The notes beneath the pieces were generated by a model. That model searched no databases. It had not been told where the DNA came from and saw only the letters and a program-made list of their open reading frames with translations. Shown here piece after piece: positions 1 to 15,000 of a stretch of 64,000 nt of DNA (position 1 is its first letter; each line of letters opens with the position of its first letter). Source of the DNA: Eledone cirrhosa (taxonomy: Eukaryota); contig CAXHJY010000107.1 of the NCBI GenBank assembly GCA_964016885.1, positions 1 to 64,000 of the forward strand. The letters run 5' to 3'. A program made the position numbers and the translations under genes.

Positions 1-3000
1 GGCTGGATATTATCTCCCCTTGGACGGCTGGAAATTATCTCCCCTTGGACGGCTAGAATTTACCTCTCCTTGGACGGCTGAAAATTATCTCCCCTTGGAC
101 GGCTGGAAATTATCTCCCCTTGATTGTTTTTACAAATTATCTCCCCCTGATTTTTTTTTACAAATTATTTCCCCCTGATTTTTTTTTACAAATTATCTCC
201 CCCTGATTTTTTTTTACAAATTATCTCCCCCTGATTTTTTTACAAATTATCTCCCCCTGATTTTTTTTACAAATTATCTCCGCCTGATTTTTTTAAATAT
301 TATCTCTCCTTGGCTGGCGGGAAATTATCTCCCCTTGGACGGCTGGAAATTATCTCCCCTTGGAAGGATGGAAATTATCTCCCCTTGGACGGCTGGAAAT
401 TATCTACCCCTGATTTTTTTTACAAATTATCTCCCCCTGATTTTTTTTTACAAATTATCTCCCCCTGATTTTTTTTTACAAATTATCTCCCCCTGATTTT
501 TGTTTACAAATTATCTCCGCCTGATTTTTTTAAAAAAATTATCTCCCCTTGGACGGCTGGAAATTATCTCCCCTTGGACGGCTAGAAATTACCTCCTTGG
601 ACGGCTGAAAATTATCTCCCCTTGGACGGCTGGAAATTATCTCCCCTTGATTTTTTTACAAATTATCTCCCCCTGATTTTTTTTTTACAAATTATCTCCC
701 CCTGATTTTTTTTTACAAATTATCTACCCCTGATTTTTTTTACAAATTATCTCCCCCTGATTTTTTTTACAAATTATCTCCCCTGATTTTTTTTTACAAA
801 TTATCTCCCCCTGATTTTTTTACAAATTATCTCCCCCTGATTTTTTTTACAAATTATCTCCGCCTGATTTTTTTAAATATTATCTCTCCTTGGCTGGCGG
901 GAAATTATCTCCCCTTGGACGGCTGGAAATTATCTCCCCTTGGAAGGATGGAAATTATCTCCCCTTGGACGGCTGGAAATTATCTACCCCTGATTTTTTT
1001 TACAAATTATCTCCCCCTGATTTTTTAACAAATTATCTCCCCCTGATTTTTTTTACAAATTATCTCCGCCTGATTTTTTTAAATGTTATCTCTCCTTGGC
1101 TGGCGGGAAATTATCTCCCCTTGGACGGCTGGAAATTATCTCCCCTTGGAAGGATGGAAATTATCTCCCCTTGGACGGCTGGAAATTATCTACCCCTGAT
1201 TTTTTTTACAAATTATCTCCCCCTGATTTTTTTTACAAATTATCTCCCCCTGATTTTTTTTACAAATTATCTACCCCTGATTTCTTTTACAAATTATCTC
1301 CCCCTGATTTTTTTTACAAATTATCTCCCCCTGATTTTTTTTTTACAAATTATCTCCCCCTGATTTTTTTACAAATTATCTCCCCCTGATTTTTTTTACA
1401 AATTATCTCCGCCTGATTTTTTTAAATGTCATCTCTCCTTGGCTGGCGGGAAATTATCTCCCCTTGGACGGCTGGAAATTATCTCCCCTTGGAAGGATGG
1501 AAATTATCTCCCCTTGGACGGCTGGAAATTATCTACCCCTGATTTTTTTTACAAATTATCTCCCCCTGATTTTTTTTACAAATTATCTCCCCCTGATTAA
1601 TTTTTACAAATTATCTACCCCTGATTTTTTTACAAATTATCTCCCCTTGGCTGGCTGGAAATTATCTCCCCTTGGACGGCTAGAAATTACCTCTCCTTGG
1701 ACGGCTGAAAATTATCTCCCCTTGGACGGCTGGAAATTATCTCCCCTTGATTTTTTTACAAATTATCACCCCCTGATTTTTTTTTTACAAATTATCTCCC
1801 CCTGATTTTTTTTACAAATTATCTCCCCCTGATTTTTGTTTACAAATTATCTCCGCCTGATTTTTTAAAAAAAATAATCTCCCCTTGTACGGCTGGAAAT
1901 TATCTCCCCTTGGACGGCTAGAAATTACCTCTCCTTGGACGGCTGAAAATTATCTCCCCTTGGACGGCTGGAAATTATCTCCCCTTGATTTTTTTACAAA
2001 TTATCTCCCCCTGATTTTTTTTTTACAAATTATCTCCCCCTGATTTTTTTTTACAAATTATCTACCCCTGATTTTTTTTTACAAATTATCTCCCCCTGAT
2101 TTTTTTTACAAATTATCTCCCCCTGATTTTTTTTACAAATTATCTCCCCCTGATTTTTTTACAAATTATCTCCCCCTGATTTTTGTTTACAAATTATCTC
2201 CGCCTGATTTTTTTAAATATTATCTCTCCTTGGCTGGCGGGAAATTATCTCCCCTTGGACGGCTGGAAATTATCTCCCCTTGGAAGGATGGAAATTATCT
2301 CCCCTTGGACGGCTGGAAATTATCTACCCCTGATTTTTTTTACAAATTATCTCCCCCTGATTTTTTTACAAATTATCTCCCCCTGATTTTTTTTACAAAT
2401 TATCTCCGCCTGATTTTTTTAAATGTTATCTCTCCTTGGCTGGCGGGAAATTATCTCCCCTTGGACGGCTGGAAATTATCTCCCCTTGGAAGGATGGAAA
2501 TTATCTCCCCTTGGACGGCTGAAAATTATCTACCCCTGATTTTTTTTACAAATTATCTCCCCCTGATTTTTTTTACAAATTATCTCCCCCTGATTTTTTT
2601 TACAAATTATCTACCCCTGATTTTTTCTACAAATTATCTCCCCCTGATTTTTTTTACAAATTATCTCCCCCTGATTTTTTTTTTACAAATTATCTCCCCC
2701 TGATTTTTTTACAAATTATCTCCCCCTGATTTTTTTTTTACAAATTATCTCCCCTTGGATGGCTGGAAATTTTCTCCCCTTGGAGGCTGGAACTTATCTC
2801 CCCTTGGACGGCTAGAAATTACCTCTCCTTGGACGGCTGGAAAATATGTCTCCTTGGACGGCTGGATATTATCTCCCCTTGGACGGCTGGAAATTATCTC
2901 CCCTTGGACGGCTGGAAATTATCTCCCCTTGGATGGCTAGATATTACCTCCCCTTGGACGGCTGGAAATTATCTCCCCTTGATTTTTTTTACAAATTATC

Positions 3001-6000
3001 TCCCCCTGATTTTTTTTTACAAATTATCTCCCCCTGATTTTTTTTTACAAATTATCTCCCCCTGATTTTTTTTTACAAATTATCTCCCCCTGATTTTTGT
3101 TTACAAATTATCTCCGCCTGATTTTTTAAAAAAAATTATATCCCCTTGGACGGCTGGAAATTATCTCCCCTTGGACGGCTAGAAATTACCTCCTTGGACG
3201 GCTGAAAATTATCTCCCCTTGGACGGCTGGAAATTATCTCCCCTTGATTTTTTTACAAATTATCTCCCCCTGATTTTTTTTTACAAATTATCTCCCCCTG
3301 ATTTTTTTTTACAAATTATCTACCCCTGATTTTTTTTTACAAATCATCTCCCCCTGATTTTTTTTACAAATTATCTCCCCTGATTTTTTTTTACAAATTA
3401 TCTCCCCCTGATTTTTTTACAAATTATCTCCCCCTGATTTTTTTTACAAATTATCTCCGCCTGATTTTTTTAAATATTATCTCTCCTTGGCTGGCGGGAA
3501 ATTATCTCCCCTTGGACGGCTGGAAATTATCTCCCCTTGGAAGGATGGAAATTATCTCCCCTTGGACGGCTGGAAATTATCTACCCCTGATTTTTTTTAC
3601 AAATTATCTCCCCCTGATTTTTTTACAAATTATCTCCCCCTGATTTTTTTTACAAATTATCTCCGCCTGATTTTTTTACAAATTATCTCCCCCTGATTTT
3701 TTTTACAAATTATCTCCGCCTGATTTTTTTAAATATTATCTCTCCTTGGCTGGCGGGAAATTATCTCCCCTTGGACGGCTGGAAATTATCTCCCCTTGGA
3801 AGGATGGAAATTATCTCCCCTTGGACGACTGGAAATTATCTACCCCTGATTTTTTTTACAAATTATCTCCCCCTGATTTTTTTACAAATTATCTCCCCCT
3901 GATTTTTTTTACAAATTATCTCCGCCTGATTTTTTTAAATGTTATCTCTCCTTGGCTGGCGGGAAATTATCTCCCCTTGGACGGCTGGAAATTATCTCCC
4001 CTTGGAAGGATGGAAATTATCTCCCCTTGGACGGCTGAAAATTATCTACCCCTGATTTTTTTTACAAATTATCTCCCCCTGATTTTTTTTACAAATTATC
4101 TCCCCCTGATTTTTTTAACAAATTATCTACCCCTGATTTTTTCTACAAATTATCTCCCCCTGATTTTTTTTACAAATCATCTCCCCCTGATTTTTTTTTT
4201 ACAAATTATCTCCCCCTGATTTTTTTACAAATTATCTACCCCTGATTTTTTTTTTACAAATTATCTCCCCCTGATTTTTTTACAAATTATCTCCCCTTGG
4301 CTGGCTGGAAATTTTCTCCCCTTGGAGGCTGGAACTTATCTCCCCTTGGACGGCTAGAAATTACCTCTCCTTGGACGGCTGGAAAATATGTCTCCTTGGA
4401 CGGCTGGATATTATCTCCCCTTGGACGGCTGGAAATTATCTCCCCTTGGACGGCTGGAAATTATCTCCCCTTGGATGGCTAGATATTACCTCCCCTTGGA
4501 CGGCTGGAAATTATCTCCCCTTGATTTTTTTTACAAATTATCTCCCCCTGATTTTTTTTTACAAATTATCTCCCCCTGATTTTTTTTTACAAATTATCTC
4601 CCCCTGATTTTTTAAAAAAAATTATATCCCCTTGGACGGCTGGAAATTATCTCCCCTTGGACGGCTAGAAATTACCTCCTTGGACGGCTGAAAATTATCT
4701 CCCCTTGGACGGCTGGAAATTATCTCCCCTTGATTTTTTTACAAATTATCTCCCCCTGATTTTTTTTTTACAAATTATCTCCCCCTGATTTTTTTTTACA
4801 AATTATCTACCCCTGATTTTTTTTTACAAATTATCTCCCCCTGATTTTTTTTACAAATTATCTCCCCTGATTTTTTTTTACAAATTATCTCCCCCTGATT
4901 TTTTTACAAATTATCTCCCCCTGATTTTTTTTACAAATTATCTCCGCCTGATTTTTTTAAATATTATCTCTCCTTGGCTGGCGGGAAATTATCTCCCCTT
5001 GGACGGCTGGAAATTATCTCCCCTTGGAAGGATGGAAATTATCTCCCCTTGGACGGCTGGAAATTATCTACCCCTGATTTTTTTTACAAATTATCTCCCC
5101 CTGATTTTTTTACAAATTATCTCCCCTGATTTTTTTTACAAATTATCTCCGCCTGATTTTTTTAAATGTTATCTCTCCTTGGCTGGCGGGAAATTATCTC
5201 CCCTTGGACGGCTGGAAATTATCTCCCCTTGGAAGGATGGAAATTATCTCCCCTTGGACGGCTGGAAATTATCTACCCCTGATTTTTTTTACAAATTATC
5301 TCCCCCTGATTTTTTTTACAAATTATCTCCCCCTGATTTTTTTTTACAAATTATCTACCCCTGATTTTTTTACAAATTATCTCCCCTTGGCTGGCTGGAA
5401 ATTATCTCCCCTTGGACGGCTAGAAATTACCTGTCCTTGGACGGCTGAAAATTATCTCCCCTTGGACGGCTGGAAATTATCTCCCCTTGATTTTTTTACA
5501 AATTATCTCCCCTGATTTTTTTTTTACAAATTATCTCCCCCTGATTTTTTTTTACAAATTATCTACCCCTGATTTTTTTTTACAAATTATCTCCCCTTGA
5601 TTTTTTTTACAAATTATCTCCCCCTGATTTTTTTTTACAAATTATCTCCCCCTGATTTTTTTTTACAAATTATCTCCCCCTGATTTTTGTTTACAAATTA
5701 TCTCCGCCTGATTTTTTTTAAAAAATTATCTCCCCTTGGACGGCTGGAAATTATCTCCCCTTGGACGGCTAGAAATTACCTCTCCTTGGACGGCTGAAAA
5801 TTATCTCCCCTTGGACGGCTGGAAATTATCTCCCCTTGATTTTTTTACAAATTATCTCCCCCTGATTTTTTTTTTACAAATTATCTCCCCCTGATTTTTT
5901 TTTACAAATTATCTACCCCTGATTTTTTTTTACAAATTATCTCCCCCTGATTTTTTTTTACGAATTATCTCCCCCTGATTTTTTTTTACAAATTATCTCC

Positions 6001-9000
6001 CCCTGATTTTTTTAAATGTTATCTCTCCTTGGCTGGCGAGAAATTATCTCCCCTTGGACGGCTGGAAATTATCTCCCCTTGGAAGGATGGAAATTATCTC
6101 CCCTTGGACGGCTGAAAATTATCTACCCCTGATTTTTTTTACAAATTATCTCCCCCTGATTTTTTTACAAATTATCTCCGCCTGATTTTTTTAAATGTTA
6201 TCTCTCCTTGGCTGGCGGGAAATTATCTCCCCTTGGACGGCTGGAAATTATCTCCCCTTGGAAGGATGGAAATTATCTCCCCTTGGACGGCTGAAAATTA
6301 TCTACCCCTGATTTTTTTTACAAATTATCTCCCCCTGATTTTTTTTACAAATTATCTCCCCCTGATTTTTTTTACAAATTATCTACCCCTGATTTTTTTT
6401 ACAAATTATCTCCCCCTGATTTTTTTTACAAATTATCTCCCCCTGATTTTTTTTTACAAATTATCTCCCCCTGATTTTTTTTTTACAAATTATCTCCCCC
6501 TGATTTTTTTACAAATTATCTCCCCCTGATTTTTTTTACAATCTCCGCCTGATTTTTTAAAAAATTATCTTCCCTTGGCTGGCGGGAAATTATCTCCCCT
6601 TGGACGGCTGGAAATTATCTCCCCTTGGAAGGATGGAAATTATCTCCCCTTGGACGGCTGGAAATTATCTCCCCTTGATATTTTTTACAAATTATCTCCC
6701 CCTGATGTTTTTTTCAAATTATCTCCCCCTGATTTTTTTTACAAATTATCTCCCCCCTGATTTTTTTAGAAATTATCTCCCCTTGGCTGGCTGGAAATTA
6801 TCTCCCCTTGGAGGCTGGAACTTATCTCCCCTTGGACGGCTAGAAATTACCTCTCCTTGGACGGCTGGAAAATATGTCTCCTTGGACGGCTGGATATTAT
6901 CTCCCCTTGGACGGCTGGAAATTATCTCCCCTTGGACGGCTAGAATTTACCTCTCCTTGGACGGCTGAAAATTATCTCCCCTTGGACGGCTGGAAATTAT
7001 CTCCCCTTGATTTTTTTTACAAATTATCTCCCCCTGATTTTTTTTTACAAATTATTTCCCCCTGATTTTTTTTTACAAATTATCTCCCCCTGATTTTTTT
7101 TTACAAATTATCTCCCCCTGATTTTTTTACAAATTATCTCCCCCTGATTTTTTTTACAAATTATCTCCGCCTGATTTTTTTAAATATTATCTCTCCTTGG
7201 CTGGCGGGAAATTATCTCCCCTTGGACGGCTGGAAATTATCTCCCCTTGGAAGGATGGAAATTATCTCCCCTTGGACGGCTGGAAATTATCTACCCCTGA
7301 TTTTTTTTTACAAATTATCTCCCCCTGATTTTTTTTTACAAATTATCTCCCCCTGATTTTTTTTTACAAATTATCTCCCCCTGATTTTTGTTTACAAATT
7401 ATCTCCGCCTGATTTTTTTAAAAAAATTATCTCCCCTTGGACGGCTGGAAATTATCTCCCCTTGGACGGCTAGAAATTACCTCCTTGGACGGCTGAAAAT
7501 TATCTCCCCTTGGACGGCTGGAAATTATCTCCCCTTGATTTTTTTACAAATTATCTCCCCCTGATTTTTTTTTTACAAATTATCTCCCCCTGATTTTTTT
7601 TTACAAATTATCTACCCCTGATTTTTTTTACAAATTATCTCCCCCTGATTTTTTTTACAAATTATCTCCCCTGATTTTTTTTTACAAATTATCTCCCCCT
7701 GATTTTTTTACAAATTATCTCCCCCTGATTTTTTTTACAAATTATCTCCGCCTGATTTTTTAAAATATTATCTCTCCTTGGCTGGCGGGAAATTATCTCC
7801 CCTTGGACGGCTGGAAATTATCTCCCCTTGGAAGGATGGAAATTATCTCCCCTTGGACGGCTGGAAATTATCTACCCCTGATTTTTTTTACAAATTATCT
7901 CCCCCTGATTTTTTTACAAATTATCTCCCCCTGATTTTTTTTACAAATTATCTCCGCCTGATTTATTTAAATGTTATCTCTCCTTGGCTGGCGGAAAATT
8001 ATCTCCCCTTGGACGGCTGGAAATTATCTCCCCTTGGAAGGATGGAAATTATCTCCCCTTGGACGGCTGGAAATTATCTACCCCTGATTTTTTTTACAAA
8101 TTATCTCCCCCTGATTTTTTTTACAAATTATCTCCCCCTGATTTTTTTTACAAATTATCTACCCCTGATTTTTTTTACAAATTATCTCCCCCTGATTTTT
8201 TTTACAAATTATCTCCCCCTGATTTTTTTTTTACAAATTATCTCCCCCTGATTTTTTTACAAATTATCTCCCCCTGATTTTTTTTACAAATTATCTCCGC
8301 CTGATTTTTTTAAATGTCATCTCTCCTTGGCTGGCGGGAAATTATCTCCCCTTGGACGGCTGGAAATTATCTCCCCTTGGAAGGATGGAAATTATCTCCC
8401 CTTGGACGGCTGGAAATTATCTACCCCTGATTTTTTTTACAAATTATCTCCCCCTGATGTTTTTTACAAATTATCTACCCCTGATTTTTTTACAAATTAT
8501 CTCCCCTTGGCTGGCTGGAAATTATCTCCCCTTGGACGGCTAGAAATTACCTCTCCTTGGACGGCTGAAAATTATCTCCCCTTGGACGGCTGGAAATTAT
8601 CTCCCCTTGATTTTTTTACAAATTATCACCCCCTGATTTTTTTTTTACAAATTATCTCCCCCTGATTTTTTTTTACAAATTATCTCCCCCTGATTTTTGT
8701 TTACAAATTATCTCCGCCTGATTTTTTAAAAAAAATAATCTCCCCTTGTACGGCTGGAAATTATCTCCCCTTGGACGGCTAGAAATTACCTCTCCTTGGA
8801 CGGCTGAAAATTATCTCCCCTTGGACGGCTGGAAATTATCTCCCCTTGATTTTTTTACAAATTATCTCCCCCTGATTTTTTTTTTACAAATTATCTCCCC
8901 CTGATTTTTTTTTACAAATTATCTACCCCTGATTTTTTTTTACAAATTATCGCCCCCTGATTTTTTTTACAAATTATCTCCCCCTGATTTTTTTTACAAA

Positions 9001-12000
9001 TTATCTCCCCCTGATTTTTTTACAAATTATCTCCCCCTGATTTTTTTTACAAATTATCTCCGCCTGATTTTTTTAAATATTATCTCTCCTTGGCTGGCGG
9101 GAAATTATCTCCCCTTGGACGGCTGGAAATTATCTCCCCTTGGAAGGATGGAAATTATCTCCCCTTGGACGGCTGGAAATTATCTACCCCTGATTTTTTT
9201 TACAAATTATCTCCCCCTGATTTTTTTACAAATTATCTCCCCCTGATTTTTTTTACAAATTATCTCCGCCTGATTTTTTTAAATGTTATCTCTCCTTGGC
9301 TGGCGGGAAATTATCTCCCCTTGGACGGCTGGAAATTATCTCCCCTTGGAAGGATGGAAATTATCTCCCCTTGGACGGCTGAAAATTATCTACCCCTGAT
9401 TTTTTTTACAAATTATCTCCCCCTGATTTTTTTTTACAAATTATCTCCCCCTGATTTTTTTTACAAATTATCTACCCCTGATTTTTTCTACAAATTATCT
9501 CCCCCTGATTTTTTTTACAAATTATCTCCCCCTGATTTTTTTTTTACAAATTATCACCCCCTGATTTTTTTACAAATTATCTCCCCCTGATTTTTTTTTT
9601 ACAAATTATCTCCCCTTGGCTGGCTGGAAATTTTCTCCCCTTGGAGGCTGGAACTTATCTCCCCTTGGACGGCTAGAAATTACCTCTCCTTGGACGGCTG
9701 GAAAATATGTCTCCTTGGACGGCTGGATATTATCTCCCCTTGGACGGCTGGAAATTATCTCCCCTTGGACGGCTGGAAATTATCTCCCCTTGGATGGCTA
9801 GATATTACCTCCCCTTGGACGGCTGGAAATTATCTCCCCTTGATTTTTTTACAAATTATCTCCCCTGATTTTTTTTTTACAAATTATCTCCCCCTGATTT
9901 TTTTTTACAAATTATCTACCCCTGATTTTTTTTTACAAATTATCTCCCCTTGATTTTTTTTACAAATTATCTCCCCCTGATTTTTTTTTACAAATTATCT
10001 CCCCCTGATTTTTTTTTACAAATTATCTCCCCCTGATTTTTGTTTACAAATTATCTCCGCCTGATTTTTTTTTAAAAATTATCTCCCCTTGGACGGCTGG
10101 AAATTATCTCCCCTTGGACGGCTAGAAATTACCTCTCCTTGGACGGCTGAAAATTATCTCCCCTTGGACGGCTGGAAATTATCTCCCCTTGATTTTTTTA
10201 CAAATTATCTCCCCCTGATTTTTTTTTTACAAATTATCTCCCCCTGATTTTTTTTTACAAATTATCTACCCCTGATTTTTTTTTACAAATTATCTCCCCC
10301 TGATTTTTTTTTACGAATTATCTCCCCCTGATTTTTTTTTACAAATTATCTCCCCCTGATTTTTTTAAATGTTATCTCTCCTTGGCTGGCTGGAAATTAT
10401 CTCCCCTTGGACGGCTAGAAATGACCTCTCCTTGGACGGCTGAAAATTATCTCCCCTTGGACGGCTGGAAATTATCTCCCCTTGATTTTTTTACAAATTA
10501 TCTCCCCCTGATTTTTTTTTTACAAATTATCTCCCCCTGATTTTTTTTTACAAATTATCTACCCCTGATTTTTTTTTACAAATTATCTCCCCCTGATTTT
10601 TTTTACAAATTATCTCCCCCTGATTTTTTTTTACAAATTATCTCCCCCTGATTTTTTTACAAATTATCTCCCCCTGATTTTTTTTACAAATTATCTCCGC
10701 CTGATTTTTTTAAATATTATCTCTCCTTGGCTGGCGGGAAATGATCTCCCCTTGGACGGCTGGAAATTATCTCCCCTTGGAAGGATGGAAATTATCTCCC
10801 CTTGGACGGCTGGAAATTATCTACCCCTGATTTTTTTTACAAATTATCTCCCCCTGATTTTTTTACAAATTATCTCCCCCTGATTTTTTTTACAAATTAT
10901 CTCCGCCTGATTTTTTTAAATGTTATCTCTCCTTGGCTGGCGGGAAATTATCTCCCCTTGGACGGCTGGAAATTATCTCCCCTTGGAAGGATGGAAATTA
11001 TCTCCCCTTGGACGGCTGAAAATTATCTACCCCTGATTTTTTTTACAAATTATCTCCCCCTGATTTTTTTTACAAATTATCTCCCCCTTATTTTTTTAAC
11101 AAATTATCTACCCCTGATTTTTTCTACAAATTATCTCCCCCTGATTTTTTTTACAAATTATCTCCCCCTGATTTTTTTTTTACAAATTATCTCCCCCTGA
11201 TTTTTTTACAAATTATCTCCCCCTGATTTTTTTTTTACAAATTATCTCCCCCTGATTTTTTTACAAATTATCTCCCCTTGGCTGGCTGGAAATTTTCTCC
11301 CCTTGGAGGCTGGAACTTATCTCCCCTTGGACGGCTAGAAATTACCTCTCCTTGGACGGCTGGAAAATATGTCTCCTTGGACGGCTGGATATTATCTCCC
11401 CTTGGACGGCTGGAAATTATCTCCCCTTGGACGGCTGGAAATTATCTCCCCTTGGATGGCTAGATATTACCTCCCCTTGGACGGCTGGAAATTATCTCCC
11501 CTTGATTTTTTTTACAAATTATCTCCCCCTGATTTTTTTTTACAAATTATCTCCCCCTGATTTTTTTTTACAAATTATCTCCCCCTGATTTTTGTTTACA
11601 AATTATCTCCGCCTGATTTTTAAAAAAAAATTATATCCCCTTGGACGGCTGGAAATTATCTCCCCTTGGACGGCTAGAAATTACCTCCTTGGACGGCTGA
11701 AAATTATCTCCCCTTGGACGGCTGGAAATTATCTCCCCTTGATTTTTTTACAAATTATCTCCCCCTGATTTTTTTTTTACAAATTATCTCCCCCTGATTT
11801 TTTTTTACAAATTATCTCCCCCTGATTTTTTTTACAAATTATCTCCCCTGATTTTTTTTTACAAATTATCTCCCCCTGATTTTTTTACAAATTATCTCCC
11901 CCTGATTTTTTTTACAAATTATCTCCGCCTGATTTTTTTAAATATTATCTCTCCTTGGCTGGCGGGAAATTATCTCCCCTTGGACGGCTGGAAATTATCT

Positions 12001-15000
12001 CCCCTTGGAAGGATGGAAATTATCTCCCCTTGGACGGCTGGAAATTATCTACCCCTGATTTTTTTTACAAATTATCTCCCCCTGATTTTTTTACAAATTA
12101 TCTCCCCTGATTTTTTTTACAAATTATCTCCGCCTGATTTTTTTAAATGTTATCTCTCCTTGGCTGGCGGGAAATTATCTCCCCTTGGACGGCTGGAAAT
12201 TATCTCCCCTTGGAAGGATGGAAATTATCTCCCCTTGGACGGCTGGAAATTATCTACCCCTGATTTTTTTTACAAATTATCTCCCCCTGATTTTTTTTAC
12301 AAATTATCTCCCCCTGATTTTTTTTTACAAATTATCTACCCCTGATTTTTTTACAAATTATCTCCCCTTGGCTGGCTGGAAATTATCTCCCCTTGGACGG
12401 CTAGAAATTACCTGTCCTTGGACGGCTGAAAATTATCTCCCCTTGGACGGCTGGAAATTATCTCCCCTTGATTTTTTTACAAATTATCTCCCCTGATTTT
12501 TTTTTTACAAATTATCTCCCCCTGATTTTTTTTTACAAATTATCTACCCCTGATTTTTTTTTACAAATTATCTCCCCTTGATTTTTTTTACAAATTATCT
12601 CCCCCTGATTTTTTTTTACAAATTATCTCCCCCTGATTTTTTTTTACAAATTATCTCCCCCTGATTTTTGTTTACAAATTATCTCCGCCTGATTTTTTTT
12701 AAAAAATTATCTCCCCTTGGACGGCTGGAAATTATCTCCCCTTGGACGGCTAGAAATTACCTCTCCTTGGACGGCTGAAAATTATCTCCCCTTGGACGGC
12801 TGGAAATTATCTCCCCTTGATTTTTTTACAAATTATCTCCCCCTGATTTTTTTTTTACAAATTATCTCCCCCTGATTTTTTTTTACAAATTATCTACCCC
12901 TGATTTTTTTTTACAAATTATCTCCCCTGATTTTTTTTTACGAATTATCTCCCCCTGATTTTTTTTTACAAATTATCTCCCCCTGATTTTTTTAAATGTT
13001 ATCTCTCCTTGGCTGGCGGGAAATTATCTCCCCTTGGACGGCTGGAAATTATCTCCCCTTGGAAGGATGGAAATTATCTCCCCTTGGACGGCTGAAAATT
13101 ATCTACCCCTGATTTTTTTTACAAATTATCTCCCCCTGATTTTTTTACAAATTATCTCCGCCTGATTTTTTTAAATGTTATCTCTCCTTGGCTGGCGGGA
13201 AATTATCTCCCCTTGGACGGCTGGAAATTATCTCCCCTTGGAAGGATGGAAATTATCTCCCCTTGGACGGCTGAAAATTATCTACCCCTGATTTTTTTTA
13301 CAAATTATCTCCCCCTGATTTTTTTTACAAATTATCTCCCCCTGATTTTTTTTACAAATTATCTACCCCTGATTTTTTTTACAAATTATCTCCCCCTGAT
13401 TTTTTTTACAAATTATCTCCCCCTGATTTTTTTTTACAAATTATCTCCCCCTGATTTTTTTTTTACAAATTATCTCCCCCTGATTTTTTTACAAATTATC
13501 TCCCCCTGATTTTTTTTACAATCTCCGCCTGATTTTTTAAAAAATTATCTTCCCTTGGCTGGCGGGAAATTATCTCCCCTTGGACGGCTGGAAATTATCT
13601 CCCCTTGGAAGGATGGAAATTATCTCCCCTTGGACGGCTGGAAATTATCTCCCCTTGCACGGCTGGAAATTATAGCCCCTTGGAGGGCTGGAAATTATCT
13701 CCCCTTGATATTTTTTACAAATTATCTCCCCCTGATGTTTTTTTCAAATTATCTCCCCCTGATTTTTTTTACAAATTATCTCCCCCCTGATTTTTTTAGA
13801 AATTATCTCCCCTTGGCTGGCTGGAAATTATCTCCCCTTGGAGGCTGGAACTTATCTCCCCTTGGACGGCTAGAAATTACCTCTCCTTGGACGGCTGGAA
13901 AATATGTCTCCTTGGACGGCTGGATATTATCTCCCCTTGGACGGCTGGAAATTATCTCCCCTTGGACGGCTAGAATTTACCTCTCCTTGGACGGCTGAAA
14001 ATTATCTCCCCTTGGACGGCTGGAAATTATCTCCCCTTGATTTTTTTTACAAATTATCTCCCCCTGATTTTTTTTTACAAATTATTTCCCCCTGATTTTT
14101 TTTTACAAATTATCTCCCCCTGATTTTTTTTTACAAATTATCTCCCCCTGATTTTTTTACAAATTATCTCCCCCTGATTTTTTTTACAAATTATCTCCGC
14201 CTGATTTTTTTAAATATTATCTCTCCTTGGCTGGCGGGAAATTATCTCCCCTTGGACGGCTGGAAATTATCTCCCCTTGGAAGGATGGAAATTATCTCCC
14301 CTTGGACGGCTGGAAATTATCTACCCCTGATTTTTTTTACAAATTATCTCCCCCTGATTTTTTTTTACAAATTATCTCCCCCTGATTTTTTTTTACAAAT
14401 TATCTCCCCCTGATTTTTGTTTACAAATTATCTCCGCCTGATTTTTTTAAAAAAATTATCTCCCCTTGGACGGCTGGAAATTATCTCCCCTTGGACGGCT
14501 AGAAATTACCTCCTTGGACGGCTGAAAATTATCTCCCCTTGGACGGCTGGAAATTATCTCCCCTTGATTTTTTTACAAATTATCTCCCCCTGATTTTTTT
14601 TTTACAAATTATCTCCCCCTGATTTTTTTTTACAAATTATCTACCCCTGATTTTTTTTACAAATTATCTCCCCCTGATTTTTTTTACAAATTATCTCCCC
14701 TGATTTTTTTTTACAAATTATCTCCCCCTGATTTTTTTACAAATTATCTCCCCCTGATTTTTTTTACAAATTATCTCCGCCTGATTTTTTAAAATATTAT
14801 CTCTCCTTGGCTGGCGGGAAATTATCTCCCCTTGGACGGCTGGAAATTATCTCCCCTTGGAAGGATGGAAATTATCTCCCCTTGGACGGCTGGAAATTAT
14901 CTACCCCTGATTTTTTTTACAAATTATCTCCCCCTGATTTTTTTACAAATTATCTCCCCCTGATTTTTTTTACAAATTATCTCCGCCTGATTTTTTTAAA

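Noticed and set aside
319-334. NF-kB/Dorsal-like site GGGAAATTATCTCCCC
   Set aside because: The spacing does not fit GGGRNWYYCC on either strand. It is retained only as an imperfect dyad.
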